Assembly: GCA_015680685.1 (NCBI GenBank)
Contig: MNCI01002706.1
Span: 737,415 to 801,414 of the forward strand
DNA from: Gnetum montanum
Lineage: Eukaryota > Plantae > Gnetophyta
Length of the DNA stretch: 64,000 nucleotides
Reading direction: 5' to 3'
The translations under genes and the position numbers were made by a program. Positions within the stretch are counted from its first letter, which is position 1, and each line of letters opens with the position of its first letter. Under the pieces are notes generated by a model. The model saw only the letters and a program-made list of their open reading frames with translations. It had not been told where the DNA came from and searched no databases. Of the stretch, positions 1 through 14,715 are shown piece after piece.

Positions 1-1269
1 AATTCAAAGCACATCCCTTAGACATAATAATAGGATACAAGCATTGGTTATGCAATTGGAAAGACATGTTACTCATGCATAAAGACACCCCTCTAATTAA
101 GATCCTTTTCACTTCCTACTTCTCTTTTCTTCTTTCTTTGGAATGATGAGTGGTCTGTGGGGATGTTCATGTACCTTAGAGGATGGAATGGTCTTATGTG
201 CCAATGTGAAGTCACTAGAAGTGGATGGTCTTCATTTTGACTAAGGATGGAAGTTATCAACTCATATTAATCACATCCTCCATGAGGGACTTCATGTGAC
301 CAAAATGTGAGACTCTATTCTATACTCTCTTTCTCTCATCCACTTGTTCTTCCCATGTACCACATCACTACCTTTTCTCATGATTATATCAATGGGTTCA
401 TTTTGAGATAGTCTTAATTCTTTAATGGTTTCTTTGATGATTCAGTTTTTAACAATCCATAACCATTAATCATCCTTGAGGTCCATAAACTCCTTGTTTT
501 GAGGACATGAAAGGGCATTAAGGGCATACGCCTACTATGGGGAGGATCCACTTGCATACTTCTTGGCTAGGATGGTTAAGTTCCTTATCCCTTAGGCATT
601 TTTCTTTCGCAACCCTTTTTTTCCACCTCGGTGCATCCATTTTTTACATTCCTTGATAATTAACCTCCTACTAAATCTCCTTTCCAAATGTGTTCCTATC
701 CATCTTCAAGCATTTGTCCTTATTCTAGGCTTTTCTGGCTTCCTTTGGATCTCAATTTTATGGTAAGACTCCTTTTCCTTAGTTTTTCAATTGTGAAAAT
801 TTTTGTTGTTGGTTGCATCAACACATGACAAAAATAGTATAAATATGTGATAGGAGTTAGGAAAATTTTCACATTTGCTTCATAATAGTAGGAGAGTTTT
901 TGCAATTTTCAGATCCTAGAGTCTTCCCAAGCCCATAACTTCCTAATAGCTTGCCTAAATCAACTCATTCTTTGACCCTTTAGCTACTAGATGTGAGCTT
1001 TATATTATGGGGATCATAAACCTATGGTTTATGAAAAAAAATTCAGAATTTTTCTAACTCCCAAATGGTTTAACTAATAAAATACAATTAAACATCACTA
1101 ATTCACCTAAGTTAAACCTCATTAACAAACTTGAGGAGCTAGTATAATAAAATAATTAATTTTCCATGATCACAAATTAGCCTAAGTGTAACTAGCCAGA
1201 TGGGACAAGGTATCAAGTGTTATAAGTTACACATAAAACACTAATCCTTGGCTATGTGTGTGATGGTAG

Positions 1270-4200
1270 ATAGCATCAAAGAGACTTCAAGAAGAAGAAC
1301 CATCACAACCATGGGAGAAGTAACCAAAAGGAGGAAGGGACCAATAGCCATAATAGCCCCAAGAAGGTAAAGTGGAAGCCCATGCCATGGGACCTCTCCA
1401 AGAGGAGCCTCAAGTGGAATTTGTTCACCAAATTCCCACTATAGAAATAGGATAGTCTAGGAAAGATGAGGTGCTAATGCCTAGACCAAATCTAGAGGTA
1501 ACCTTGACCAAGGCTTTCTTGAAATAAGTCCATTCTAAGGAGGTAAAAAGTATCATTCTTCAGGAACTCAAATTTGGTTCCTTCTTGGACCTGGCATCAA
1601 AAGAGGTAAAGACACAACTGCAAGGATCTTCCATGTGGCCTATCCTCAATTCTAGTGGGGAGTGGTACATGGGAGAGACATACCTCTTCTAGAAAAATCA
1701 ACAGGAAGACATGACTACAAAAATTAAGGACATCAATGTGTCCTACTCATTTGAGGCCATTACAAAGATCCTTAGGTTTCTTGACATTGTGGAAACTTTG
1801 GTAGAAATTCCTACACAAGTAGACTTCAACATCAAAAAGGAATAGGTGCAACAATGCTATGGAGTGGACTATGAGGAGTACAATGCATTCACTAAGGTAG
1901 AGAGGGCCTACTTCAAGATTGTAGTCTATCACCTAAACCCAATGATAAGGCCAAGAAAGATCACTACCTTCTCTACCTATGTGTATGTCATTATAAGAAA
2001 AAAATTCCCTGTAAACCTCTACCACCTCATCTTTCTAGAAATTGAGAAACAATTCAAAGAAAATGAGCATGGGAAGAAGACACTCCCCTTTCCTTGCCTA
2101 ATCTAAAAACCCTGAAAAAGAGGAGGAATAGCCTATTACACAAATCATATGCTTCATCATTCTCCTACTGCGTCTTGGTAGGAGATGATAAAAGAGAAGG
2201 TGCTTGTTAGGCTACTTGAAGAGGAGTAACCACCACCACCATCGACTAAAGAAACAATGTCAAAGGCTTGTGTAGCAATTGAGCACATGAGGAAGCTTCT
2301 TGAGAAACTCCTACAGTAGCAACAAGGAGGACCAAGTGGTGGACAGCCCTTATTCTATGGCTAGTGTTGAGTCACCTCAACGAAGTAACATGAACCATTA
2401 AATGGCTAGAAGATATTGCATCACTATTTTCAACACAAAGGATATAGGCACCTACAATATTGAATCCAAGTGCCCAAGAAGTGACAATGTCCATCCTTGG
2501 ACAACAAAAATTTCCAAAGATCTCTAGAAATGCTACTGCTTTGTTAACACACCTTGAGAAGGATGAGGGAGCAACTATCCTAGTGATGCAACACCATGGA
2601 TAGGAAACTACAATGAAGGTGGTGGCCGATTGAGTTGCAGAGGTCCTGAGCACTCCTACGATAGTTGTGCTAGACATTGCTACGCTCAAAGACATGCAAG
2701 CATCTTTAGAAGAAAGAAGTAAGAGGCTAAGTGCAGCCCAACATGGAGAGGTTTTGGACTGACAAGTGGGAACTAGGTAACTAATTTTAGAGATCTTTGA
2801 TCCTCCAAAAGGAATCATAGCTACCCAGTCAGAGTTGCTAGAGGCCAAGGGTAAGCTCATCATTGTAAATGCCCAACTTGAGGTAGCCACAACCCAAAAT
2901 TGATGGTTGGCTATCGAAGTTACAAAATTGAGAGCCCACTTAACCAATCCCACCATTCTCAACTAAGTCATTTCACATAATGAAGCCTTCTTGTAGCTTC
3001 AGAACAAATTAAAAGAGGCTGATAATGTAAAGGAGATTATGGTATTTGACACATCCTTATCATAGGCTCTAACCTTTAACATCGATAAGGACTTTTTGCA
3101 AGTCCACAAGGAAAACCTAACTCTTACAAGAGATATTCATTTCATATGCATTGTCAAAGCAGAAAAGGACTAGATGGTTGAGTTTGTGATACAGCAATAG
3201 GAGCAACTTGCTAAGGTGAACATGGATCTAAGGAGGTTAGTAGCCAAGAAGTGCAATCTCTCAATGGAGGAAGTCTATGCACTTTACCAAAAAATGGCCA
3301 TTGAGGTAGCTACTTGGAAGAATGAGATCTTGAAATTTGAACAAGTGAAAAATCACTACAAGGACCAGGTTGCACTTCTCAAGGAGATAAATGTGAAGGA
3401 GATTTAACTGTCCAAGGTGAAAATAAATGAGGCCCTCTAGCAACTCTAGCAAAGAGGTGATGTATGGTAGGAAATCTTTGATGGATTGAATGCCTATAAC
3501 AAAGTAGAAATCTACCTAAATAATATGTAAATTAAGGAGATGACAAAATACATGAAGCTTGCCAACATCCATTACATAACCTTGGCAATGCTAATAGCCC
3601 GAAGGATGTGGTTAAAGTTAGAAAAGCAAGTGGCCAACTCATACATCCTTTAGGAGGCCAAGTTCAAGCATCATAAAGACACCAAGTAGAATCTAAAAAT
3701 AACTAATGTAGAGCTTGAAATTTTCAAGTGGTAATTTACAAACTAATGATTGGTTTCTGAGAACCTAGCTAGAAGAATGAATGGCTACCATGAGTTGTAG
3801 AACCTCATCAAGACATTTGATGTTGAGCATAAATAATTCATAGCTTGGTTCATCAATGTTAAGGAACTATTCTTAGTTGATGAGTGGTGAGGTACCCCTA
3901 CACTCAACCATACAAATACGAGTGTTCACGCATGATCCAGTTGAACTCCATGGATAGGCTAGTTGTGGGATCTAAATAGTTACACGTTGATCACAGTTCG
4001 TTGTCTTCCCACTTAGACTAGTATTTGTTTTGTCATGTATGGTTTAGTCTAGAGTGAGGCATATGATGTGATCCTAAACTAGTGCTACTCCTAGAGACAA
4101 TGGAAAATAATCTTGATTAAACTAATGAGTAATAGGAAATGAAGTCTAAGCTAACCTAAGTGCGATGAGCATCCGTTCCTTAATCATCCATACACATCTT

Positions 4201-5000
4201 GGACCTCATGCATGACTACTACTGGGATTACCAAGCGTAGATCCTAGGTACACTACTGGGTTACTAAGTAGTCACACTTAAATGCTCATGATAAGTCGTA
4301 CTCATTCTGCATTTAACAATAGGAATAGTAAATGATGATAAAAAAATATTAACTAAGAAAATAATAAATAATAACAATAATTAAATAATTAAATCTAAGT
4401 GAATGCTGCAATGATGAAGTAATCTTGATCTTTATTTCCAGTCATGTGCACGTCCAAGTACGTCACACTCGAATAAAGGTGTCGTACAATTACAAGCATT
4501 ACATTTCGGGCATGCACTAGGAAAATATTCTAACTCCTAAAGAAACAAAATTCAAGGGCTTCACTACAACTAACTAAAAGATACCTAGGTGTGGCGGAGG
4601 GCCACTTATTTATAGGCTAAAATAGGCTCTGCATAAACGGAGCCATGTTGACACATGGAGGGATGTGTCGATGAGGCCACGTAGATGCAACCATGTATAT
4701 GGGACCTCGTATACGCAGCCTAGTCGACACATCGACTACTTAGCACTTCATCACTAGTAATGCCTTGTCTATGGGATGTTCCCATACCAACCCACATTGG
4801 TAACATTGTGTGGACTATGTACGACCCAAGGAGTAAGGAGGAGAAGATGAAGGCATTGCTAGATGCCTTTTCCCTTTCACCTGAAGTAGTAGTTGTAGCA
4901 AGATAGCCACAACCATCACCTTAGAATTAACCCTTATCACTACAAGCATTGGAGATTGAAGCAAGTCCTTCAACACCCCGAGAGCCTCCACCCCCTTACA
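1270..5000 (+). pseudogene. Accessory (ORF3/'env-like'-position) ORF of element A, many stops, split by a solo LTR
   Basis: AG|ATA-GCA-TCA-AAG start remnant; motif VNLYHLIFLEIEKQF...LPFPCLI; C-terminal coiled-coil-like segments homologous to the B and C copies. Confidence 0.75.
3878..4753 (-). mobile_element. Solo LTR (876 bp), related to the element C LTR, inverted
   Basis: TGATGA...TCATCA termini; TSD ttagt/ctagt; left part is the reverse complement of the ~35130-35537 LTR end; the host ORF resumes after 4758. Confidence 0.88.
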
Positions 5001-5739
5001 TTGTCTTATCTTCTCTTCATCTTTAGCTACTAGAGGATTTCAGTTATTCAATTTTATAAGGGTATTTAATTTTGTTCTCCTAATCATCCATTTTTATAAT
5101 TATTGTAATTCCTTATAATTTGATGCTTAGAGTTAGTCAATCAAATCAATCAGTCCATGATTTCATACCTTTCCAATTTTGTAAGAAGCTTGATCCTACT
5201 TTCATTCACTCAAGGATGAGTTTTTAGTTAGTCGTGGGGGTATGATAAATCACTCAATAGGCTATATCGATAGGCATGCATCAATGCATCCTCATTGATG
5301 AGCATGCATCGACACATCCTCATTGATGCATCCCCATTGATGCATGGTTAGATGCATCAACGTATATGTGTCGATGCAATGTTTGTCTTTGCCTATATAA
5401 ATGTGTGCATCCACTACATTTATGATAATGCTAAGTTAATAGAGTATCCAGGTGCCTATAGTTTTCTTCTGTTAGAGTTAGAATATTTTCTAAGTGCCTG
5501 CAGTAGGACTTCAAGGATTGTACGGATCCTTATTTGGACATCAATGTACCTGAACACTTTGATGTGTCAACAATAAAGAAAAGATTCTTGGAACTTCTTG
5601 CAAAACTTAAATACATAATAAAAACTTTAAATAATTAAATACATGAATAGAAATAACCTATTAAGTTACATTTAATAACATTAAATAATTAAATACATAT
5701 CCTACTTTAAATATCTAAACCTATGAAAAATTTTAGGCT

Positions 5740-6750
5740 ATGAAATATATGGTCTTGTCAAATTGTTAGAATATGAACACAATCAAGATAAAAACTATTG
5801 AGATCTCATATTTTATGAAGATAATAACCAAGGCATTGAAATTGCCTAACTAGGAATCAAGGCTGCTAGAAACTTACTTACATCCATTAAGATAAATGAG
5901 TTTAGGTTATGCATGCCTTTAATGATGAAGATAATCAATATAGGAACCTAAACCTAGTGGAGAAAAATATCTTCAAGATAGTTACATACTACTTGATTCT
6001 TACAAACTAATTCAACAAGATCAAATCCTTTCATGCTCATGTCATGACTATTTTAAGGAAAAGAATTACTACAAATATTTGAACATAAATTCTCTAAGAA
6101 GAGCATTGGTAGAGGAACTCTTCCATTTTCATGTCTTTTATGCAAACTAGGCAATCATAATGGTGTAATAGATTATGGCAATGATGTTTCAAGAAGAGTC
6201 CTTCAAGAATCATTTGTAAAATTCATGAAGCCTTAATGTTAGTAACAACTTTGCTAGTACGTACAACTTTACCTGCTACATTGCCAATAATAGTTATAGA
6301 TACATGGCTAGGTTTGATATCTCCTAGAACATCTAGTGTTGCAGGATCAAGCATGAAACTTATAGGAACATAAAATATGTGCTACTCCATCATGCTAAGT
6401 CAAATTAGAAGGGCCATATAGAAGGTAAGTTAGAGGAGCCATAACTTCTTTGAGCTTATGGCCATTACATCTGGAGGTCAAAGTCTAGTATCATTAAATC
6501 CATTAACCAAAGAGGTCTTGACTAGATTATCTAATGACTAGTCCACCATCTTTGATAATGTAACAATCACATAACAAGTTATGTTAACAATATTGTAAGA
6601 AAGGCCTAATAAGCATCATTTACAAACCTCTAGAAGTTTGTACCTATGAAAATGATACAAGATCATCTAACATGGATCACAAGGATGATAGAAGTAGTAG
6701 CAACCTCAATGTCAGTAATGACCTTACTAGTAACTATTTCCACCTACTAT
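5740..6750 (+). pseudogene. Fragment D: fourth, more decayed copy of the accessory ORF
   Basis: Translates to EKNIFKIVTYYL...ILRK and ELLQIFEHKFSKKSIGRGTLPFSCLLCKLGNHNGVIDYGND, matching C (EKKIYFKIETYHI...LALPFPCLTRKLCKHDGVQGYTND); boundaries approximate. Confidence 0.65.
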
Positions 6751-6892
6751 GTTTCTAATTATAGCTAAAGGTGTAACGCCAAGCTTGCTACCTATTGGAA
6801 CACCTAGTGATGCACAACTAACCTTGGTACCTACAGAAATATCAAGTGTATACTACCCTACCATGTGAAGCCAAATTAGAGGATTAACGTTT

Positions 6893-7656
6893 ATACACCT
6901 AACACATATATAAATATCATATCATCTGCATTTATGACATCTTTAGTCATTCTAGTAGCCAAACTCTTGAAATTTTCTTCCATATGACTTAGTGAAATTT
7001 CCCTCTAAGTTTCCATAATGTAGATTGAGTGGATTGTATGAAGTTTTATTCAAGCGCATGATATACATGGACACTTCTGCATGATGATAATAAAATTGAG
7101 ATTAATTCCTTCCATTGTAGCACTTAGGCTAGTACTTAGTTTATTTCCAAGTACTTTACTTTGAATACATTTTACTTTCATGCACTAAGGAAATTAATAT
7201 TTTACTCTATAGTAACATGATTACAACAAATTTTAACATAATATATTAATGCTTGATAATCCCAGCAATGAATACTTGGTACACCCAGTAGTAGACACTT
7301 GGTAATCTCAACAACATTAGTATATGTTCAAGATGGGAATGGAAAGCAAGGATAAATGCTCTACACTTAGGATAGTTTATTTTACTCTTATTTTCATAAT
7401 TGGATTAGAAATTAATATTTTTCTCTCTTTATCATTTTAACATTTTAATAATAAAAACAAAAATCTCTTGTGGCTCAATCATACTTAACTATATCAACTG
7501 ATCTAACACAAGTGAGGATTGGGAGAACAATGACCTCCAACATAACACTTAGTTATCTAGGGTACTATTAGCCCTAGGTCAATGGAATTCAACCAGATCA
7601 TGTATGAATGCTTGTGATTCATCTAGTTGGACATAGGGGATACTCATTGCTCATCA
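6893..7656 (+). repeat. 5' LTR of element B (5'-truncated)
   Basis: Aligns to 36513-37151; ends ctcatca. Confidence 0.85.
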
Positions 7657-7676
7657 TTAGCATCATTTCTGAGGAT
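7657..7676 (+). other. Degenerate primer-binding site of element B
   Basis: ttagcatcatttctgaggat lies directly after the LTR and resembles the Athila-type TGGCGCCGTTGCCGGGGA (tRNA-Asp) PBS, mostly by transition changes. Confidence 0.55.
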
Positions 7677-10600
7677 GATATGTGTACTAACTATTCTAGA
7701 TAATTAAATCATATAAATATTATTATAGGACTATAATAAATCATCATTAGAAAAAAGAATTATGCTTTATTATAGGTGCATTACAAAACCAAACTAAAGA
7801 TATCTTATTCTCACAAGGCTGATTCCCCACCTATAAATGATTCTACAAAGTAACATGACAGAATAAGAAAAACTATAGATGAAGTATCATTAAAAATTAA
7901 AGTATTCTACATCCATCTAGATCTATATTATCTAGATTTCACTTTCATACTTCACTTCAATGAGCAACTAAAATGGAAAAACCTATAAGGCAACATTGTG
8001 TTACCACCTGATCAAGCCATTCCATCAATGTTCATGGCAACATTAATCAAGCTATGACTTAAATTAGCAACTCCAAAGTACCAAGTGTTGGACCACATCT
8101 TTAGAGATTATCAACTTATGAAGGTTAAACTTTGAAAGGACAAACTCATGGAAGTCCACCATGAGGCCTCCAAGGGAAAAAAAGGTTTTGATCAAACTAA
8201 CAAACTAATCCAAAAAGTAGAATATTGAATATCCATCAAGGTGATCCTAACATCAATTTCCTCCTCCCTTTGGTGAAGATAGCATGACTCATCAATGGTT
8301 ACATTCTATCTTGGCAAGTAACCAAGGTAAGGGGAGAGCTAGATCCAAAATTAGGGGAACCTCAAGACCAAGGTCTCTCTATCAACAAACAAGAGAAGAG
8401 CCAAGGGACCAAAGAAGAAGAGCAAGCTAGCATAAATCTCCTAGCTCTTCATCTTTACCATCTTCTTCATTGTCTAGCTATAACAAGAGAGAGTGTCACC
8501 AAGAATAAAGGGGAAATGATTAAAGGTAGGGTGGAGATTGCAAATAACCCCATTATAGAGATGGAAGAAGGAAAAATAGATAGGAACAAGAAGAAGAAAG
8601 GCACCAAGAAAAAAGGCATAACAAGCAATATCATAGGAGACATGGCCATGACAAGAGTCACAATGAATGAGATGGTTATGATGAACCATTTTTTGCTACA
8701 AGAACCATGATCAACATCGGTAAGACAATTCACATTTCTGCCAGGCATCAAAGGGAGAACTAGATCAAACAACTTGACATGAACAATATTCCTAAATTTC
8801 AAGAAGATTACAATGCTAATCCACAACAACATCTGCAAGCCTTCCATGATGCTTGTGTCTTGAAAAACATTTAAAAAGTACCAGCAAAATCTTAAGTTAT
8901 TTCCTAGAATACTCATAAAAGAAGCTAAAAGCTAGTATTAGTTTTTGAAACCAAAGTTTATTTGTACATGAAGTACGATGCTAGAGCTATTTAATGATAA
9001 GTATTAGACATACTCCAAGGTATCCAAATTAAGGAAAAAAATGCAAGGGTGGAAATAAGGTAACCATGAATCCCTTGAAGCAGCCTTGGGTAGGTACTAT
9101 TATTTGTTAGGTCATGGATTCTCTCAAAAGGACTAGCTTTGTCACATCATAGATGGGCTCAAAAATAAAACTAGAGAGACTCTTAGGGTCTATTCCCAAG
9201 GGAGACTATTGGAAATGAGGCTCCATTAGATCTAAAGGCTCATTAACTTGGTAGAAAAGGAAGAATGGGAGTTAAATGAAAGAGAAAATGTAAAGCATTA
9301 TAATAGAAACCCCTCCATTCACAAATAGGAGGCCCATCTCTATGACCTAAAGAAAGAAGCACTATTGAAGGAGGTTGTGTAAAGAAATACCTTGGCAATC
9401 CAAAAATTTACCACTAAAATATCAAATAAGGTGGATAAAATATGCAACACTCTAGAAGAGAAGTTCCAACTAACATTTAAAGTCATGAAGAAGAAAATAG
9501 AACAAAGAAGTAGGGATAAGAACAACAAAAGGAAGAAGGAAATAATGAAGGACTATCATTAATAGAATGGTAATACTATAGCAATAGAAGAGGTTGCAAA
9601 TTCAAATACAAATGACAAAGGATGTGATATTTGCTAATATGATCATCCCAAGTGATGTTATCCAATTCGATCACACTTACAAGAATATGGAATCTATGCA
9701 TTAAATCTAAAGCTCACTAGAAGATAAGCACCTAGGACGTTTTCTTATCATCAAGGCAACTATTGATAATAGTTCTACCAACAGTAGTACTATTTGAGTG
9801 GAATGCCACCTTAGCCTTACGATTACTATCATTAGTGGTAAATCCTACAGTCATGAGGGATGCCACCACCAAGGTAGTAATATCCATACCATCAACCAAA
9901 TCAATATGGCTATTATGTCTAATAACCTATGTCACCAAGTGGCTCCATGGCACACACTTCTCACCATTACTATCCTCTTGAATACCATAGACCTACTACT
10001 CCACATGTTGACTCTCCTTCCACATACACTCCTCATCATCCTTAATAGCATGTACATCATAACTCCACTAGCATGCCACATGCACTACCTATGTAAGGTA
10101 AAATACCTTCACAACCCCAATAACAAAATTTCACAAGAGCTATAAACTTACAAGTGGATGATAATTCAAGTGGTTCTAAGTGTAAATCTTAGAAAAGGCC
10201 ATATTTCAAGCTTAATAATCCCCTTAAATCATTGTAGGCATATGTGGTTGTGGAATTAACTTAAACTACCTAAAAAAATATCTACCAAATCACCTTCAAA
10301 CCAAAAGCCTCAAAGTTTTTAAACTATCATGTTAACCAATGTCATAATAGACTAGATAAAGGTAGGAAACCTTCCTAAGAAGAAAGATGATCCTTGAAAA
10401 TCCATAATTATTTATAGGTCATAGGAAATGACCCATTCAAGGATCTATTAGGCTTAGGTTTTGGTGTGAATTTTATTTTCCAAGAAATGTACAAGACATA
10501 AAACCTCACTCCACTTAAGAAACATAATACGAAGCTAGAAGTTGCAAACCAATCCATTATTGTTCTATTGGAATTGGTAGAGGACATTATGAAAATTATG

Positions 10601-12338
10601 AATGGGTGGTTATATCTAGTAAATTCTCTAGTGAGCCATGTAGACAATTACAATTGGGACTTTCCAATCATTATGAAAAAGGCTTAACTAAATACTATCA
10701 ATGCCAAGTTAGGAACTAGAAACCTTTTCTTTGAAATCTCTAAGAAAAATGAGTTTAGTAAAATAGAGAACAAGAGAGTTCCATGCATCACATAAAATGA
10801 CACAAGGTACAACTCCATACAATTAAGAGCACAATCATTACATCATGTAGAATGTGTGTTGAATCCACAAATATTCAAAGGTGCCTATACATAGCAATCA
10901 CAAAATAGAAACGTACCTAGTGGTTGACTACATACATAGCTTCAACTCTATAATGTGTATGAAACAAGAATAGATCTTCACAAGTACGTACATAGACAAA
11001 ATGGATGAGATGGAGTAAATTAGACATCAACTTGTAGATGAAAAAAATGAAAAAGAACTCAAAGAAGTTTGGGAAGAGTTAAAAGTCCTAAAAACTCCTA
11101 AACTAGAGCCCTTAGAGCTAAAAACATTACCAAAATATTTGGAATATGTCTTCTTAAACAATGGAAAACTAATAATTATCAATGTCCACCTTATTAAGGA
11201 GTAGAAAGAAAAGTTGTTGAAAGTAGTAAATAAATAATTAGGAGTCTTTGCTTGGTCATATGATGAAATAATAGGGATAGATCCACACATATGTCAACAT
11301 TAGATCTACACAGACTCTACTATCAAGCTCAAGAGATAACCACAAAGAAAGTTGAATCCAAAATTAAAAAAAGTTATTACAAGGAAGGTAGAGAAACTTT
11401 TCAAGGCTAGATTCATCTATCCTATGGAACATAGTGAGTGGGTGAGCCCACTTTCATTATATCAAAGAAGGAAGAGAAATGGAGAGTTTGCATAGACTTC
11501 AAACTCCTGAACATGATCACTTTTAATGATCATATTTTGTTGCAATTTATGAACTAAGTTTTGGATACCACTGCAAATCATAAACACTACAATTTTCTAG
11601 ATGCATATAATGACTACAACCAAGTCTAAATTGCTCTAGAAGATAAGGCCAAAATAATGTTAATAAGTCCCTAGGAGATCTTTGCATATAGAAATATTCC
11701 TTTTGGTTTGTGTAATGCCCCTACAACCTTCCAATGGATTGTCCTTAGCATCTTTTAGTAATATATTGGTAATGGTATGGAAGTATTCATGGATGACTTC
11801 TCCTCCCACAATGCTAACTTTAAACAAGCTTTGAACCACCTAAAGCAAGTATTGAAATGATGTGTGGAGATAAACCTACAGCTCAACTAGCAAAAGAGCC
11901 ATTGAATGATCCAAAAGGGTATTATACTAGGATACCAAATCTTAGAAAATTGTATTAAGGTGAACCATGAAATGATAAGGATCATCTAAGGAATCACCAG
12001 ATAACCAAAAATAGTCAAAGATATGAGGTCATTCCTTAGACATACTAGTTACTATAGGCACTTTATCGAAAATTTCTCAATAATCATTAAACTATTAATG
12101 GAGTTTACAAAGAAGGATGTAGTATTCAAATGGAACGAGGGATGCAAATAATAATTTCAACTCTTGAAACATAAGCTCCTAGAAATCTCATATCTACATG
12201 TACCGAATTGGTCCAAACCATTCTAGATTATGAAAGATCCATCCAATTGTGCATTGAGAGCCATACTTAGATGAATTATCAAAAAAAAAGTCCATATTAT
12301 ATCCATTATACAATAGAAGCATTTTAGGTGCACACCTT

Positions 12339-13317
12339 TTAAATGCCTCAAAGAAAATTTTAATTGTCAACAAGGAAGCCTTGTGACCAAAATTTTATCA
12401 TCAAATTTGAGAGAAAAAAATAAATTCCTTGATTTCTCTTCAAAAATTCACCTAGTGACCTTGTTTTGTCAAAATCCTAAAGAATTCTCACTTTATCAGG
12501 TGTACTTCATGGCATATAATGTCAAATAAACAATGAATTACACCAAAACAATGTAATTAGACTTATAATTGTTAAATATGCTACCAAAACCATTGTGATT
12601 AATTTCCCTGTAGTTAAAAATGCCACAATTTTGGCTAGTGTACAATGTCAAGAATGTTATGTAAATGCCCAATAAATTTTCCTGAACCATGTTAACATAG
12701 AAATAGTATATTGGTGATCTATTTAAGCAAGAATTAAAGCCATTTTTAAGGACTTTTGGATTATTCGAGACTTCTTTGAACTAGAGATTTTTGGAGTAGA
12801 TCTAAGAGCCTAGGGATAGTTTTCATTCTAGTGTTAATCATTGTGAGCAGGGAGAACCTATTACAGTTGACATTTGAGAGTAGAGCAAGGAAACCAACTG
12901 TGTTTGGGATGCCTGTGAGACACATTGTGCCTACCAATGCAATAGGATGATAACAGCATCATTGTAGAGATTTGTAGGATATCCATAATTTTTTATATTT
13001 CTTATCTATGTTCTCAACAATTTTTACCCTTTAAAAAATTAATACTGAGTTTTGTAGTTGTTTTGGCCACATTTTCTATTGATTTCTCTATCATTTCTCA
13101 ATTTTCTCATAGATCCAATGTTAGATTCATTATTCTCCTATTTCATCATTTGTTTTTGTCCATATTCTCATTCAGTAAACAGACTCATAAGTCCTTTAGG
13201 TGATCAAAAAGACCACCTAAGGCATCTTAGATCCTTTTCAAGACCCATGGATTCTAAGGTAAAGCTGTTCCACACAGATCATATCGATTTATAACATCAA
13301 ATATTTTTGTAGCTACA
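12339..13317. mobile_element. Probable solo LTR (~980 bp) inserted in the RNase H of element B
   Basis: Flanked by 5-bp TSD acctt/acctt; ends ...gctaca; removing it restores in-frame GAHLNYTTTEKE; 5' TG is degraded. Confidence 0.72.
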
Positions 13318-13462
13318 ACCTTAATTACACCACAACAGAAAAAGAGTTGGTGGTGGTGGTGTATGCTCTTGAAAAATTTTAGTACTATGTGCTTGCATAT
13401 CCCATTTTTGTTCAAATTAATCATAGTGAAATTTACTTCTTCATGAACAAGCCAATAGTAAG

Positions 13463-14715
13463 CCTCTATTTATAGGAATCCCTCTTGTTTTGGATCCATG
13501 AGATTTATCATATGGAACACAATGTAATATGATCATAAGCTTTGAAGATAATGTTGAGTGGATTGCTAAGAACACTCATGTATATCATTATGTTCAATAG
13601 ATATAAAAGAGATTATAATACATATGGTACAAATGAAACCTATGTTGCCATAGTGAGCAAATATAAAGAGCATTTATAATTTTGTATTCTATAATTTTTA
13701 TGAATTTTATATTTATAACAAATAAAAAAACATAAAAATGCACCCATCACAATCCCTTGTAACAACAAGTGCAATGCTCATGTTGCAATCCCTCTTAGAG
13801 ACAAGTGCAATGTCATACACAAAATACAATAAATATGGCTCTTAGTCACAACCTTGATGTCCTAACATCATGTCATATAGTTATGACCTCCTTTGGCAAG
13901 AAACAAATTATCATAGATCAATTAGATAGAAATTGAATAAATATTTTTTTTATATTTAAGGCATTAATGGTGAAATAAGAAAAAATCATGAGCTTTATTC
14001 ACCATGCAAACACTAGACTTTGCATCAACCAAAAATTTCCAGGCTATGTAAGCAAGGTAGGCCTCTAACAAAGTCTAGCTGCACATGTGAAATTAACGAC
14101 TCAAAATACACATAAGACAAGAAAAGAAATTAACTTACTCAAGGGAGGAAGAGCTTTTCACAACAACTATAGGCCACAAGATTAAATGAAATCAAATTTA
14201 TGCTTATGATATGACTAAGTTGTGTGTAAGAGCTCATCTTAGGCATTTACAGTTTTCACAAAGAAATGGAGAAGGCTTGTCAATGTCCAGGAATTAATGG
14301 AGGTATATCAATGTAGAACTAGCTAATCAAAATGTACTTTTGACACTCTGGTCCAACGTTGGGTAAGCAAGTGATTCATTATGTTCCTATGCCAATGTAA
14401 GGTAGTCAACACAACCCCCACCCCCCTCCCCCCTAAAGTCACACTTTGTAGGAAGGATCTTGAGTAAAATCTGGAATTTGGGAAAGCATGTTGGAGGGGC
14501 CATAAGACATTTGAATGAATCCAAAATTGTTCTAAGAAGCTTGGAATCATGCATACAACCTAAAAAAGTAACATAGGGGGCCAAGGTGCATCTCGTAAGA
14601 TCAAGAACCTCAACTGAACATGCTGGACTATAAACATAGGACATGTGAAACACTTCCTAAATCTATGGCTTATAATCAACATACAAATTACCATTGGATG
14701 TCTCATCACCCCTAT
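13463..14715 (-). mobile_element. Inverted fragment of an LTR retrotransposon (3' internal end, PPT, partial LTR)
   Basis: The minus strand shows a VFHMS motif, a G-rich PPT (14412-14435), TGTTGAC LTR start near 14410 and cctataaatagag near 13465; it interrupts RNase H of B; boundaries approximate. Confidence 0.6.

Larger units (their letters stand above)
1..5580 (+). mobile_element. Element A: 3' half of a decayed Athila-like Ty3/Gypsy retrotransposon (spacer, accessory ORF, PPT, truncated 3' LTR from 5243)
   Basis: Collinear with element B 23000-36560; PPT gtgggggta then LTR start TGATAA at 5243 with TATA ~5393; LTR breaks off at ~5580. Confidence 0.8.

Noticed and set aside
2372-2962. 196-aa minus-strand ORF and similar antisense ORFs (8467-8916, 26297-26596, 52140-52595)
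   Set aside because: They are shadows of decayed plus-strand TE sequence with no recognisable motifs.
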